DNA from: Yuukianura sp. NJ FZ-2021
Lineage: Eukaryota
Length of the DNA stretch: 64,000 nt
NCBI GenBank assembly: GCA_046563655.1
Contig: CM102288.1
Span: 6,324,001 to 6,388,000 of the forward strand
Direction: 5' to 3'
Of this stretch, positions 52,655 through 64,000 are shown one piece after another (the first letter of the stretch is position 1; each line of letters opens with the position of its first letter). Made by a program: the position numbers and the translations under genes. The notes under the pieces are model-generated. The model ran no database searches and was not told the DNA's origin. It was given only the letters and a program-made list of their open reading frames with translations.

Positions 52655-55378
52655 CTAAACGGACCAGTATATTTTCTTGCGATGAAGCCAGATTCCGATC
52701 ATTGTCCAAAGTGTAGTAGCCCAAATGTTTTCTACGAGACGGATGAAATGTGTCTGCATTTGACCATCAGACCATCTCCAAGGGAGACACGAACTCAGAA
52801 TGCTGTGTCCCATGTACAGTAGAATGGAGTTCATCCCGGACTCGAAAAATGGGGACCCCGACCACCACTTTCGCATGTCAATCACGAAGTACATCACGCA
52901 CAGAAGGATGTTGGCAAAACAGGAAGTCACCAACACAAACGAAATCGACCTGAAATCACACAACAAACGATTAGTTCCATGAGAACGATATTAACCGTCA
53001 ATTCATTAATCGATTACTTGGCTTAAGTTAGGAAGTAGCAACTGGAGCAAAGTATTTTGATGGGCTTACCACAAGTTTTTGTTTACCGGTATCCAGCCTC
53101 CGGTCATCTTGCCATGACACAAAAGAGCCCCGATTCCTCCAGCCACCAACCCCCAAATGCCCCATCTTTTGAGTCTGCTCCAAGGTCGAGGGTACACCAA
53201 CATCGTGGCTCCCGTTTGAACACCAAGCCACGTCTGGAAAATGGAGGTCAAAGTGCCGAGGAGCCCTTCAGGGTCGTAAGGACCGGTCAGGAACGTAGCT
53301 CTTGCAGTGGGGTGGTTGTAAATGTGACTGGCACTGAGGACTTGCAGGTCAATGTAGCCAGCAGCTCCGCCGATGCAGTGTGCAGTAATGCTTGCATTCA
53401 AGTTCAAATCCAGTCCGCCCGGCCCCAAGTAACCTCTGCAACATAAACAAAATTCAAACGTGAATTCATAAAAAAAATCCGTAAATGAGAATTTATCAAT
53501 TCATGAAGAATTGACAAAGAAGAATTTATAAACAAGAATTCCTAAAGAAATCTTAAACAAAAATTCATAAAGGATTCCTTAAAAAAAGAATTAGTACGAT
53601 TCACGCACAGCACAAATCAAATTGTGTAAAAAATCATTGAAAATCGTTGCTGCTCAACCTACGTTGGACATCCAGGAACAGGAAGGTAGAAAGTGAGAAG
53701 ACAATGGGCCAGCAGAATCCCCAAAATCGGTATCCATGGTACCCAAAGCACAGAAATATCCTGGACGGCTGCTCTCAGTTTCCCCTACAATTTCAGTTCA
53801 AAAATATTTCCAAAATTCAAAATTTTGAATCGCTTTTGAAGACTTGTGATTGTGAGAGATTACTAACCCCAGTTCCATCTGGTTTAGAGAAATTGATGTG
53901 CATGAAGCAGAGGACGAGCGTTGAGCAAACGAAGTAGCAAACACCGAATCGCTGGAGCACTCCAGGCACACGTAGATTTCCGTATTCACCGAACTGGACT
54001 GGGCCTCCCAAAGAGTTGAGCAAAATTCCCAGTCCAATCAGCTTCAGTGATCGGATGACGATGGCCTTGAAAATCCGAATTCGGGGAGTTGCCCGTTTCA
54101 CTTGGGATTTGATCGACAGAGGGATGCACACGCCCATGATCCACACAAACCTTGGCAAAATACATAAACATTTCTATGATTTCTTTTCAAAAACCGTGGT
54201 TTCAAAAAACCTCGCTTTTGGAAAAAAAATGAAAAAAAGAAGTTTTTTTGAAGTTTTGCTGAATTGACATACCAAGGAAATAGCAAGTCAGCCAAGGTGA
54301 GTCCGTCCCAAATGGAGTGATCCAGAAAGCTGTATTTTCCTCCTCCGTAATTTCCAAAGATCATCAACACGATGGACAGACTGAAAAGAGTTTCGTCAGG
54401 TCAGAGATCATCGTAGATTCTCAAATTTTGAAAATTGGCGTGATTACCCTCGAAATGTGTCCAATGATCTCAATCGCTGCCTGTTGTTCGAAGGAGATGC
54501 TGCGACGACTGGTGTTTGCGAAGACAAAGATTGGGATCTGGAAGAAGATGCTTCTCCAGTGGATGGCGCTGCTGGGGAAACTAAAAAATTGTCGCTGGAA
54601 GAGGATATGGACAGCTGACTTCGTTTTTTCCATCGCTTCAAGGTCACAGTGCTCACACTAGCCACTAGTGCCAGAATCGTGTACAGGACGACAGCGATCA
54701 CCAAAGCTACAATTGTCCAAAACTTCAATTTAAAAAAAATGATACTTTTGAACAGAATTTTGAAACAATTGTACAAGTTGTAAGTTTTTTGTCGTACGGT
54801 AGTAGATATTGACCGGTTGAGCTGCGACAGTGACGACACAACTGGCGGAAGTTCCAAAGTTTCCAGTAACATTGACATTGTACACTCCAAACTCCTGGAA
54901 GGACGGGGCTTGTCCAAACTCACAGAAAGTATACCTGGAATCACATTCACAACGTCACAATGCAATTTGTCATTGATTAACTAATTGATTAATTAGCTGA
55001 CTCGTCATTCTCGACGCTGCTGGAAGTATTGGATCCTTCAATCCTGAATCGATACGTCGTTGGCCATGTCGTGTCAATCGTCGTGGACCGATCTCCAAGG
55101 TGGTAAGGCACTTCGTCAACTCTTGTAAAGGGACACTAAAAAAACATACGTATGAAAAACGAAATGAACTTTAGAAAAAAAAACGTTTTAGCAGTGATTT
55201 TTTAGAAAGAAACGTTTTGTGGACGTTTTACCGAGTAGCACGACGATGTGAGTGCGTATAACCAGAGTGGACTGGAGTGAGTGGACGTGACGTTGAGTAT
55301 GGCTTGGTCAACTTGAAGTTTTGACAGGTCAAAGGTCCCAACCTGGTCTGCCGCGGGTTGTTCTGTCCATGACCCCAT
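52655..55378 (-). CDS. HGSNAT: Heparan-alpha-glucosaminide N-acetyltransferase, copy B (tandem duplicate)
   Basis: Same exon series and motifs as copy A; FGNYGGGKYSFLDHSIWDGLTLADLLFPW. Confidence 0.93.
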
Positions 55379-55480
55379 TCTGTCGCCAGTGGACACTCCT
55401 AAATCTAGCAACAAGATGTCCAATATCACCAAGTCTCAGTAGTTAGTAGTTAATAATTGAATTAGGAGTTGGGTAATTAG

Positions 55481-55677
55481 CAGACCTGCCAAAATTATGT
55501 ATTAAAAACTAGCGAAATATTTAAATAAATTCAATATTTAGTGAAAATGTGCAAAATATTTACGAACTTCACTTTAAGGGCATGGGTAAATAAATAAATA
55601 TTTAGTAACAAAAAGACCCGAAATATTGATTTTGTTAACATTACAGGCATGGGAACTAAATATTTTTGGCAGGTCTG
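55481..55677. mobile_element. hAT-like MITE, 197 bp
   Basis: TIRs CAGACCTGCCAAAA and TTTTGGCAGGTCTG. Flanks gtaattag and gaaatcag match at 6/8 positions (possible decayed 8-bp TSD). Confidence 0.7.
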
Positions 55678-56286
55678 GAAATCAGTAATTGAGAGGAAGA
55701 TTGTTGGTAAATGGTAACTTACCCCAGGAGTGACTCAATTCAGAATCACGCCGTTGCTAGCCTAGCCTGAAAGCCTGACCTTTGCCTTAATAAAAGTGTA
55801 GCTTTTGACCCAGATTGAGAAGAAACTAACCAATGTCAAACTGAGCCTCCAGTTTCCCATCATGAATTTCGATTAGTCAATCACTCAAACACACCCTATT
55901 TCCTAATCCCTTTCATAAAACGATTAATATGAACGAATTAGTATTCAAATATTCCAATATGCAAGTATCCAACACACCAGCACATCATCTCCTCAGAGAT
56001 CCTTCTGTTTGATCTTTGGATCGTATAACCAGTATTTACTCCTCTCATATAAATAAACATCTCTTCACCAGTCTACAGCTGAACCCTAAGCTTTGTAACC
56101 CCTAACACAATTAATCAACTAATTAACTCAAAGTATAACTCACATGTGACATTGTCCAATGGTCAAAATATACAAGATTTAAGTTATCCACATATCTAAC
56201 CTGTACATGGATTCCAGAAGACAGTAAAGATTCAAGAAGGTTGTGATAAGTTCAGATCATGCGCAGATCCTTCGATGAGCAGCGAT

Positions 56287-58126
56287 TTACTTTTTAGGAA
56301 CCAAGTAGATTTCTCGAATGAGCGTGGAAGTGATGAACGGAATCTGCTTCTTCTGGTTCATGTGAGGCAACGATGGAGTATTCGACTCAAAGTTCAGAGC
56401 AACCTAATGTCACAGCAAAAAAAAATTAAAGTTAAGGCTAAAGTTTAGGCAGATTTATGTTTCGGAAGAGGAAAAGTGTGAAATTGCTCACGTCGCGAGC
56501 AGCAATGGTCATCATAGCTAGAAGATCCTTTTTGGTGGAGTACTTTTGAAGCACGGAGCAAATTGCTTGAATAAACCAAGATCCATTGGTCGTGTTCCTC
56601 CAAGAATAGAAACCTAACATGAAACAGTATTTTTAAACTAATTAATTAACAATTACTATCGAGTTAATTGTAATTTAATTAATTAAGCTAACCTGGAACA
56701 GTGCTGAAGGCAATGAGGAAGTCTGCATGATTCGGTATTTTATAACTTTGTGTATTTGAGTCCGTTTCTGTCCGATTGGTCACACGGACTAGTTTGCTCC
56801 CTTCGTCAAGTTGAGACCCTTGACAAGCCTACAGACACACATAAACATGTACATTTCATTAGATTAGATCAAGGTTAAGAGTCATGATACCGTAAGTTTA
56901 AAGCAGTGTTGCTGGATGGATAAAATGTTTCTTCCACCAACCCACCATTCTCGAAAGTCGTGGATATATCCGGATTTTATTAGTTTCTTCCGGATAAAAC
57001 TCAATTTCGTCCGTAGGAAACTGGATTTTATCCGGTTTTATCCATTTATCCACTGGATGAAATGCTAAAAAAGCGGATATCCAGCAGGTTCAGAGCAGTT
57101 TAAAGTGACCTCGGACTGACCTGGATGAAGAATATTTTTGGCTTTCCGGCCAGAGAAGGGCACTTGTCGGCTGTGAATGAATTCCAGAGGACGTCTGGCT
57201 TGTAAGAGTAGTCCTTGGCGTACATGAGCTGTGTATCGCCATGAGATAAGACACACATCAACAGACAGTCACGCTCCTTGTGATCATCACGAGTAACTAA
57301 ATTCAAAAACAAAGGTTTAAAATATAATTTTCCAAGTATTTCTCAATTAGCTGCAAATAGCTTACGTTTTTCCACTTCGGCTCTCACTTGGACGAAGGTC
57401 AAATCATCGAAAACAGTCACGTCAAATCCCAGAGCAGTGAGGGTGGCCTTTAAATTCAACTTGTCACGCTCTGTTCCATGGCGCCTTCCAAGGTCCAAAT
57501 GCGAATCGAAATTCTGGATGACAAAAAACAAAAAACATTTCATTTCAAAGTTGCGCTAACTTTTTTAAAATTCCGAAGATGATTCTTATGAAAACTGGCT
57601 TACTTCATGATTGAAGATGACTGCTCTGCCTCGGTGGTGGTGTCCCATGTTGTAGATTTCCGAATCCCGGTGGACCGGCATCACAGCCTTGTTAGACGGG
57701 CTAACTCCAGGCCTAACCAAAGAAGACATCAATTAAAACTCATGATTAACTTAACATTTATCAAATGAAGTGGAATTCTAAAACTATAATGTGCTTTGTG
57801 GAAACTACCTCGAGAAATCCCCAAGCCTGACAAAGGGGCGTTAAGAAAAACATGATAAAACGATTGACAAACGTTGACAAAACTGAACGAAATGAGTGCA
57901 AATTGGTATGATTTTTGCATTTTACTTACCAGAACTTGTTCGTGTCTCCAGCATCAAATCCCATGAACAATTGGTGCCCTTGAACAGAAGGAGTTTCATG
58001 TCGAATGAAAAGTTGCGGGGGACTGCCGTTGCCATTGTCCTGTCCTAGTGTCACTGGCGCTGGGATCTTTGTGATTCCTTCAGCAACTGGGACTTGTACT
58101 GCGTGACCTTCTTCATCAACATCCAT
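56287..58126 (-). CDS. Effector caspase (drICE/Dcp-1/caspase-3/7-like), about 7 exons
   Basis: YNMGHHHRGRAVIFNHE, RHGTERD, VLSHGD, SLAGKPKIFFIQ|ACQG (catalytic QACQG split by an intron), PNHADFL, YSWRNTTNGSWFIQ, KKQIPFITSTL. Confidence 0.95.
56904..57097. mobile_element. Decayed hAT-like insertion in a caspase intron
   Basis: Begins CAGTGTTGCTGGAT, with a partial inverted match ATCCAGCA near the right end; gtttaaag is present on both sides. Confidence 0.45.
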
Positions 58127-58923
58127 ACTCAAATAAGTTAATCCTGGTTGGAGATGGATCTAATTAGTGCAATACACGAAGTACAACTGATTAGTGGAAC
58201 CGCAATTGATTTGATGTATGTTGAGGAGCATGAATTCCTCGAATCCTGAATAATTTAAGTCTAATACCTGTACCAAGTCTTCTTCCTGTCCGCTTTAAGG
58301 TTAATTAATCAATTAATCAATTAATTAATTGACTTCGAGGGAGCAATGGACAAGTCAATGTTAAATGTTGGTTTTGCTTATTGTGAGTGTCGTAACGTCT
58401 TACTCACCCACTTTGTTTACTGTCAGCTGTAAAAAAAGAACGACAGAAACCGGGAGACTAAAACACTGAAACGTAGGAATTCTCCGCAGACTGCGAAATC
58501 ACGTGAATAATAACCCTGTGAATTAATGCAAAAACGAAGGTCGCTAATCTTTACTTCAACCGATTATTCCCAACGGACAACATTTTCTTACCGGTGAGCT
58601 CTCACATTGTGAAAAAAAAAGTAAACAAATCAGACGCAACTTATACCAATTGCTTCTTCCACCTTGATTGGTGTCATTGATCATTTTGTCATATTAGCTC
58701 AGAGAAGACTTGATTTGACGACATCTTAGCTTGTGGTTGCTTGGACGATGGACTGGAGACAAACGGCACTCAACTGGGTAAGTCCGCAAGTCTTTCCTTG
58801 TTACTCCATGTCGTAACTCAATGTTTCACGATTGTGTCTAACCCTAACGATGTTATCATTTGTAGGTCAAGTCGCTTAAACTTAACGGCGACAAGGACAT
58901 TCAAAAGATCGAGGATCTCCAGA

Positions 58924-61900
58924 ATGGATTCTTCTTTGGACAAGTTTTGGAGCTACTGTTAGTCTACTACTGTTTTCGACAAAACTATTTCAGAAAACGT
59001 TTTCTTGAACTAACTGGTTTGCTTTTTGTGTGTAGGTTCAAGAGAGGGAAAGGAATTGCACTAGACCGGGTTTACCGAATGCTTCAGAATGTCCTTACTG
59101 GTACAACTTCCAAGTATTTTCAAATTTTTTTGAAAAACTGAAGTTTTTTTTTGAATAACAGATTTGTACTTACCCGCTGATTGGATCAACTTCGAATTGG
59201 CTCAGGTCGGAGATCCAAATGAGCTGGAGAAAATTGTAGCCGTTATCATCGGAATTCACCTTGGTCAAGTCAGTACTTTTCGTTTTTACTTCAATTAAAC
59301 TTTTACTTTTTAACATCAGTTTAACTTACTTTTGTTCCTCTTGTTAGGAAGGGGCTTCCCACTTCACTGTTCTCCCATCAGAGACTTTGTCTCACACATG
59401 CCAAGTGCGGATCAAAGATTTCATTCTTTATGTCATGAAACACGGAAACATCGTCACTTCCGATGCATTGCAATTCATCAGAACTTACGAGATCAACGAA
59501 TCTGGCACCACTCGCAGTTCTACCATCGAGCCACGCGTACTGTTCCCCTCCATTCCAGAAGATTGCGAACAAGAAGATCACTTTGGTGATAAAGGAAATG
59601 AAAACTTCCAGTCTCCTCTCCAGGCACTCAACGAAACTTTTTCGTTTCCAAAGATTCGGGTAACTCAGCTCAAAATTTTGTACCAACTCTGTTTTTAGTT
59701 CAAAATTAAAAATATTTTTTTTAAACCTTTTTTAGTCCTCTGCTGTTTTCACTACCAAGCGACAATTGTCTGCGTCCAGAAACGAGGTAACTGTGCTCCG
59801 TCGTAAAGTTTTTGTGCTGGAAAAGTGTAACCAGGATTTGGAGGAACTTGTGGAAGAAGAACGTGAGAGTCGTCGCAAAACAGAGGTGGAGCTGGATAAG
59901 GAAAGAGAGAATCATAAGAAAACGAAACAAAAACTTGAGAATGCTGTTTCACAACAAGAGATGAATGAGCAGCAATTGTCAGTTTTGTTAACTGAGCAGA
60001 CCAGTCTCAAGACAGAACTGAGCGTTGCCAAGTCCAGATTGGTGGCCACTAGAAACGAAACTACCTCCAGCAACCGAATTACTGCCGAACTGGAGAAGAA
60101 GATCAGAGAACTCGAGGCTCAGATGACCCTGCTCAAGCACAAGTTGGCCACAGCACAAAATGCTGCCAGTACTTTGGACGCTGAAAAAGAAGAACTGGAA
60201 ACCATGCTTCAGAAAACTTCTAACGAACTGGCTTGGACTCAAGCGGAGCTGAAATCGCTGGAATCTCGGCTCAAAGTTTCCGAAGACGTTGCACAAGGGG
60301 CTCAAGAAGAGCTGCGAGCAGCTTTAGCCAGCAACGAATCGCTCAAGCGCATGCTGGAATGCAGGATCAAAATGCTGGAAACCGCTGATCGCAATCTGTC
60401 CAAGGCACTGGAGGCTGAATCAGCTGCGAAACTTTCTGTTCTAAGGGCCCAGGAGGACTTAGCTTCTGCCAAAACCGAAAACGAGACCCTTAAGGGCCAC
60501 TACCAGCATGTCACGGATCAGCTGACTGCCGAACTGATTGAAGGGACCGAACTTCTTGTACAAAAAAGGGACCTGCAACGAGGAATTGAGCTATTGGAAG
60601 AGAAGATTTCAGCGATTGAAAATCAGGCTGCAAGCGATATCCGAGTACTGGAAGCTCAACTTTCAAAAAATCAGCAGGAAATGCACGGACTTGGCTTGCA
60701 GTTGGCAGAATCGCAGCGATTCAGCGATTCCTTGAAGTTTCTAAAAGAAAAAGAAGTTGCTGAACTGGAAGCTGCGCTGAAGAAAAGTATTGAAGAAGCA
60801 CAGGAACGCGGAATGAGAGAAGAGCAACTGAAGCAATCGCTGGAAGCGATTCAACTCCGAAGCGTCCAGGAAATCGCTGAATTGCAGACGGAAAACGCTG
60901 TACTGAAAGCTGAAGTTGAAGCGATTGAATCCAAGACGCGGGAAACCACAAAAGCTCAACTGCAGAAAACTTACACTGCTTCGTTCGAAGAGGCCAAGAA
61001 GCATTTAATTTCTGTTTACCGTAGAGAAATGGAGGCTATCCAGGAAGAAGTAAGAAATTCAGCGATTCAGCGATTGATTATTGTAATTTTCAGCGATTTA
61101 TGATGAATTTTTGAAATTTTCCAGATTGAGAAGCACAAGCGTGAGAAGATACTGCTACGTGCCAATGTCGTGGAGCTGTCAAACAAAGTTTGTGCCTTGG
61201 AACAAGCCAGTAGAGAAAAGGATTTGAAGTTGGCCAAACTGGAAGAGAAGATAAAAGAATTGCAGCAGCAGTCGGCTGCTGAAATCGCTGCGGCCGAGGA
61301 ATCGCTGAATCGTCGCTTGTCCATCCAGTCGACCGGAAGTGGCCGAATGAAGGTCGTTCCGAATGGATCCGGATCTCTGTTTCCGTGTGACGACGAAGAG
61401 GAGTTTCCTTTTAACGAATCAAACTTCGAGGAGCAGATGAAACCACGACGAGGAGGAAACGACATTCCGCAGTTTCAATTAGATGACAAACGAATCTCTG
61501 AGTTGCAGAGACGGAATTCGCTCGTGCCGCCGCATCTCAGATCTGTCTATTCAGTCGAGTATTCAACACTCGGATCAGAAGTTGGACTCAACGAAGAACA
61601 GTTTCGCGTAAGTTAAACAAAAATCAATCAAGGTCAAAAATCTTAGGGAAAAAAAGATTTCCTTTGATAAATCAAAGTTTTTTCCTGAGATTTTGGAAAT
61701 TTTCAACTTTTTTTTTTTTTTGGAAAACTGTGATTTTCAACTTTTTTTAGGCACCGTCTGAATTGGCTCGATCGCTGATCAAATCCGTGAGCGCTCCAAT
61801 CACTGCGAGTATGAATTCAGCTACTACACAAAAGCCTCATCTTATCAATGTAACGAAAGAACAATTGCCGGTAAGTTCAAAGTTTAACAATTTTGAATCC

Positions 61901-62281
61901 CATATTCCAAAAAGTGTAAAAAGTAGAAAGTAAAAACTAAACAATTGAAATTTTTACACAAGTTATGAATTTTTGTGAATTTTAGGGCCCAACTCCGAAG
62001 AAGTCGGCGTCTGTCGCTAGTGCAACCAGAGCTCCCCTGTCTCCGTCCACTTTCAATGTAAAATGCCGCCAGCGTAGTCAGCCACCAGCTAAAACTTCAC
62101 AAACCAAAACCAATTCGGTGAGAATTCACAACATCCAAAGTTCATTCGGCGTTGACCCTCCAAAATTTGACCTTTGACCTGACTAAAATCTTGTTTTTTT
62201 TAGGTTCGTGGTTCGTCCATAACTCAACCAAAGACTTCCACTCCCAGAGGAGGCTTCCTTCGAAATCTAAAGTTTGAATGA
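58924..62281 (+). CDS. NuMA/Mud-like spindle-orientation coiled-coil protein
   Basis: Short N-terminal exons (ELEKIVAVIIG, Hook/CH-like), a long coiled-coil exon near 59737-61048, and RISELQRRNSLVPPHLRSVYSVE resembling the NuMA/LIN-5/Mud motif, followed by an S/T-P-rich basic tail. Confidence 0.75.
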
Positions 62282-62795
62282 AAAAGTTCCACTTTTTGAA
62301 GCCAACAAATCATCATCCTGTCTGGTCACGCTTCAAAACTGCATCTGATGCATGTTCTCAATTAATCATCTCAATTAGTTAATTAATAATTTTACTTAAC
62401 CATCACAGTTCCTCCTACTTTGTAAAGTTCCGAATCCATTTTGTTAAAGCAATGTCAATTTTTTAAGGAATGCCACTTTTGCACTTTGAATTTGAAACTT
62501 CTTTGTTTCTTGTTTTTTAAAACTTCTTTGTAAAATTACTTCAACTTCCCATGTCTTCCAACTTTAATTTGAATTTAATCAGCTTACTTTTTATTTTGAA
62601 TACAATTGATTTTCTTTCTCAAATTCCGAAACACACTCTCCTGCCCTCCGATTGGTGAACTTTCAATTCAGAATTCTGAAAATCAATGTTCAACTTTTAA
62701 ACTTTTTTGGCAACTTTACATTTTTCTGAGAATGAGAAAGTAAATTGGAGGCTTACTTTTGAATATGCTGCCAATGGTGTTGATTTTTGAATTTG

Positions 62796-63933
62796 CTAAG
62801 ATACTTGACTTAGATTCTCCAAAAGATTAGCATAGATCTGCACACCGTCCAGAAAAACTTTCTCATTAAGAAACTCGTCATGGTCGTGCAGAAGTACAGG
62901 CGTGTTGATCATCGGTGAGAAACCGAGAGCGGGAATTCCGATCTGCCGAATATAACGAATGTCAGTCGCTGCAGGGAAGATCTTCGTCTTTGCTTTCAGT
63001 TTACTAAAACAATTTAACACAAAAAACAAAGTTAAAAACTAAAAAGTCGAACCTGGCGGAGGAAGTTGGCGTCAGTTCTGGCCGGAAAAATCTTTGTAAT
63101 GGCCCTCTTCCCTCTGTGCAATCACAACAACTTCAAAGGCGGCAAAATTCAAAATGAGAGGTCAAAGGTCAACTTACAGTTTGTCCAGAGTGGCTTTGAA
63201 CGTGGTCCACCATATATTATCGTCTGTGAGTGCAGTTGGAGTCGTTGCGTCTGCGTAGTTGCTCCGGACAGAGGTGTAGGTCACTCCTGGACCAGCTTCT
63301 TCACAAAACCTGTTGAATCTCTGCCGAAGTTCTGCGAGATCCCAGGTAGGACACACACGCATGTCAAACACAACGGACAGTTCTGGAGGGACGATGTTCG
63401 CTTGCAGTCCACCCTGCAAAATTTAACAAATGTTTTGAATTTCTAGAATTTTGAAGTTCGGAATTCAAATTTTAACATTTTGAAATTCAGAATTTTGAAA
63501 TTTTGGAACTGACACTTAGCATGGTCATGTTAACGGAAGTGACATCGCCGAGGTCGACATTTGGTCCAGAGTTGAACAGCGCTTTTTGCTCAGCCCGAAT
63601 CGCCAACATGCGATTGATGATGTGGTGGATCTTCTCGGCAGCGGTGTTGTCCGGCAGTAAACTGGCATGTCCAGTTGCTCCGACAGCAGTGAACCGAATT
63701 TCTGGGAATTTAAAATTTTGAAATTGGATTGAAAATTTGATCAAAATTTTTGAAAAATCAAAAATCTTGAAAACTGAAACACTTACGCCAGAGCGTTCTT
63801 TCTCCGTAGTAGACGAGGTAGTTGTCGTCTGGACTGGCAATTCCTTCGTCCAGACCAAATCCAACGTTGAGAGCAGCGAATTCCGGAGTTTTCACGAAAC
63901 AAGCCATTCCCTTCTCACCACCAACCTCCTCAT
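62796..63933 (-). CDS. ACY1: Aminoacylase-1 (M20 family), 3' part; the 5' exons lie right of the window
   Basis: [84 protein letters not shown]. Confidence 0.95.
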
Positions 63934-64000
63934 CTACTCAAACAGCCAAACATTAAAGTTATGTACATGATGTAAATTTCATGTTTTATGTAACTATGTA

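Overview
Eukaryotic, AT-rich, gene-dense genomic DNA with many short GT-AG introns. The gene content points to an animal, most likely an arthropod (inference; I cannot name the species). Conserved genes, in order: Slo2/KCNT-type K+ channel (5' exons, -), PTK7/off-track receptor pseudokinase (-), a shortened Girdin/Daple (CCDC88)-like gene (+), ECSIT (-), MRE11 (+), SLC25A38 (-), U2AF large subunit (-), two tandem HGSNAT copies (-), an effector caspase (-), a NuMA/Mud-like coiled-coil gene (+) and the 3' part of aminoacylase-1 (-). The most notable observations are: (1) an intron-containing microbial-type class I terpene synthase-like gene with an altered NSE motif, between a secreted single-WAP-domain peptide gene and an orphan gene; (2) a 5-exon fungal/bacterial-type (UPF0187/YneE-like) bestrophin, a second horizontal-transfer candidate; (3) a pogo-like element inserted into the TA of the ancestral ECSIT stop codon; (4) a duplicated 61-nt alternative exon in ACY1 that would swap a conserved loop; (5) a candidate poison exon plus clustered decoy 3' splice sites in U2AF2; (6) a long ORF nested in an MRE11 intron. 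All identifications come from manual translation and recalled motifs; no searches were run, and exon boundaries are read by eye.
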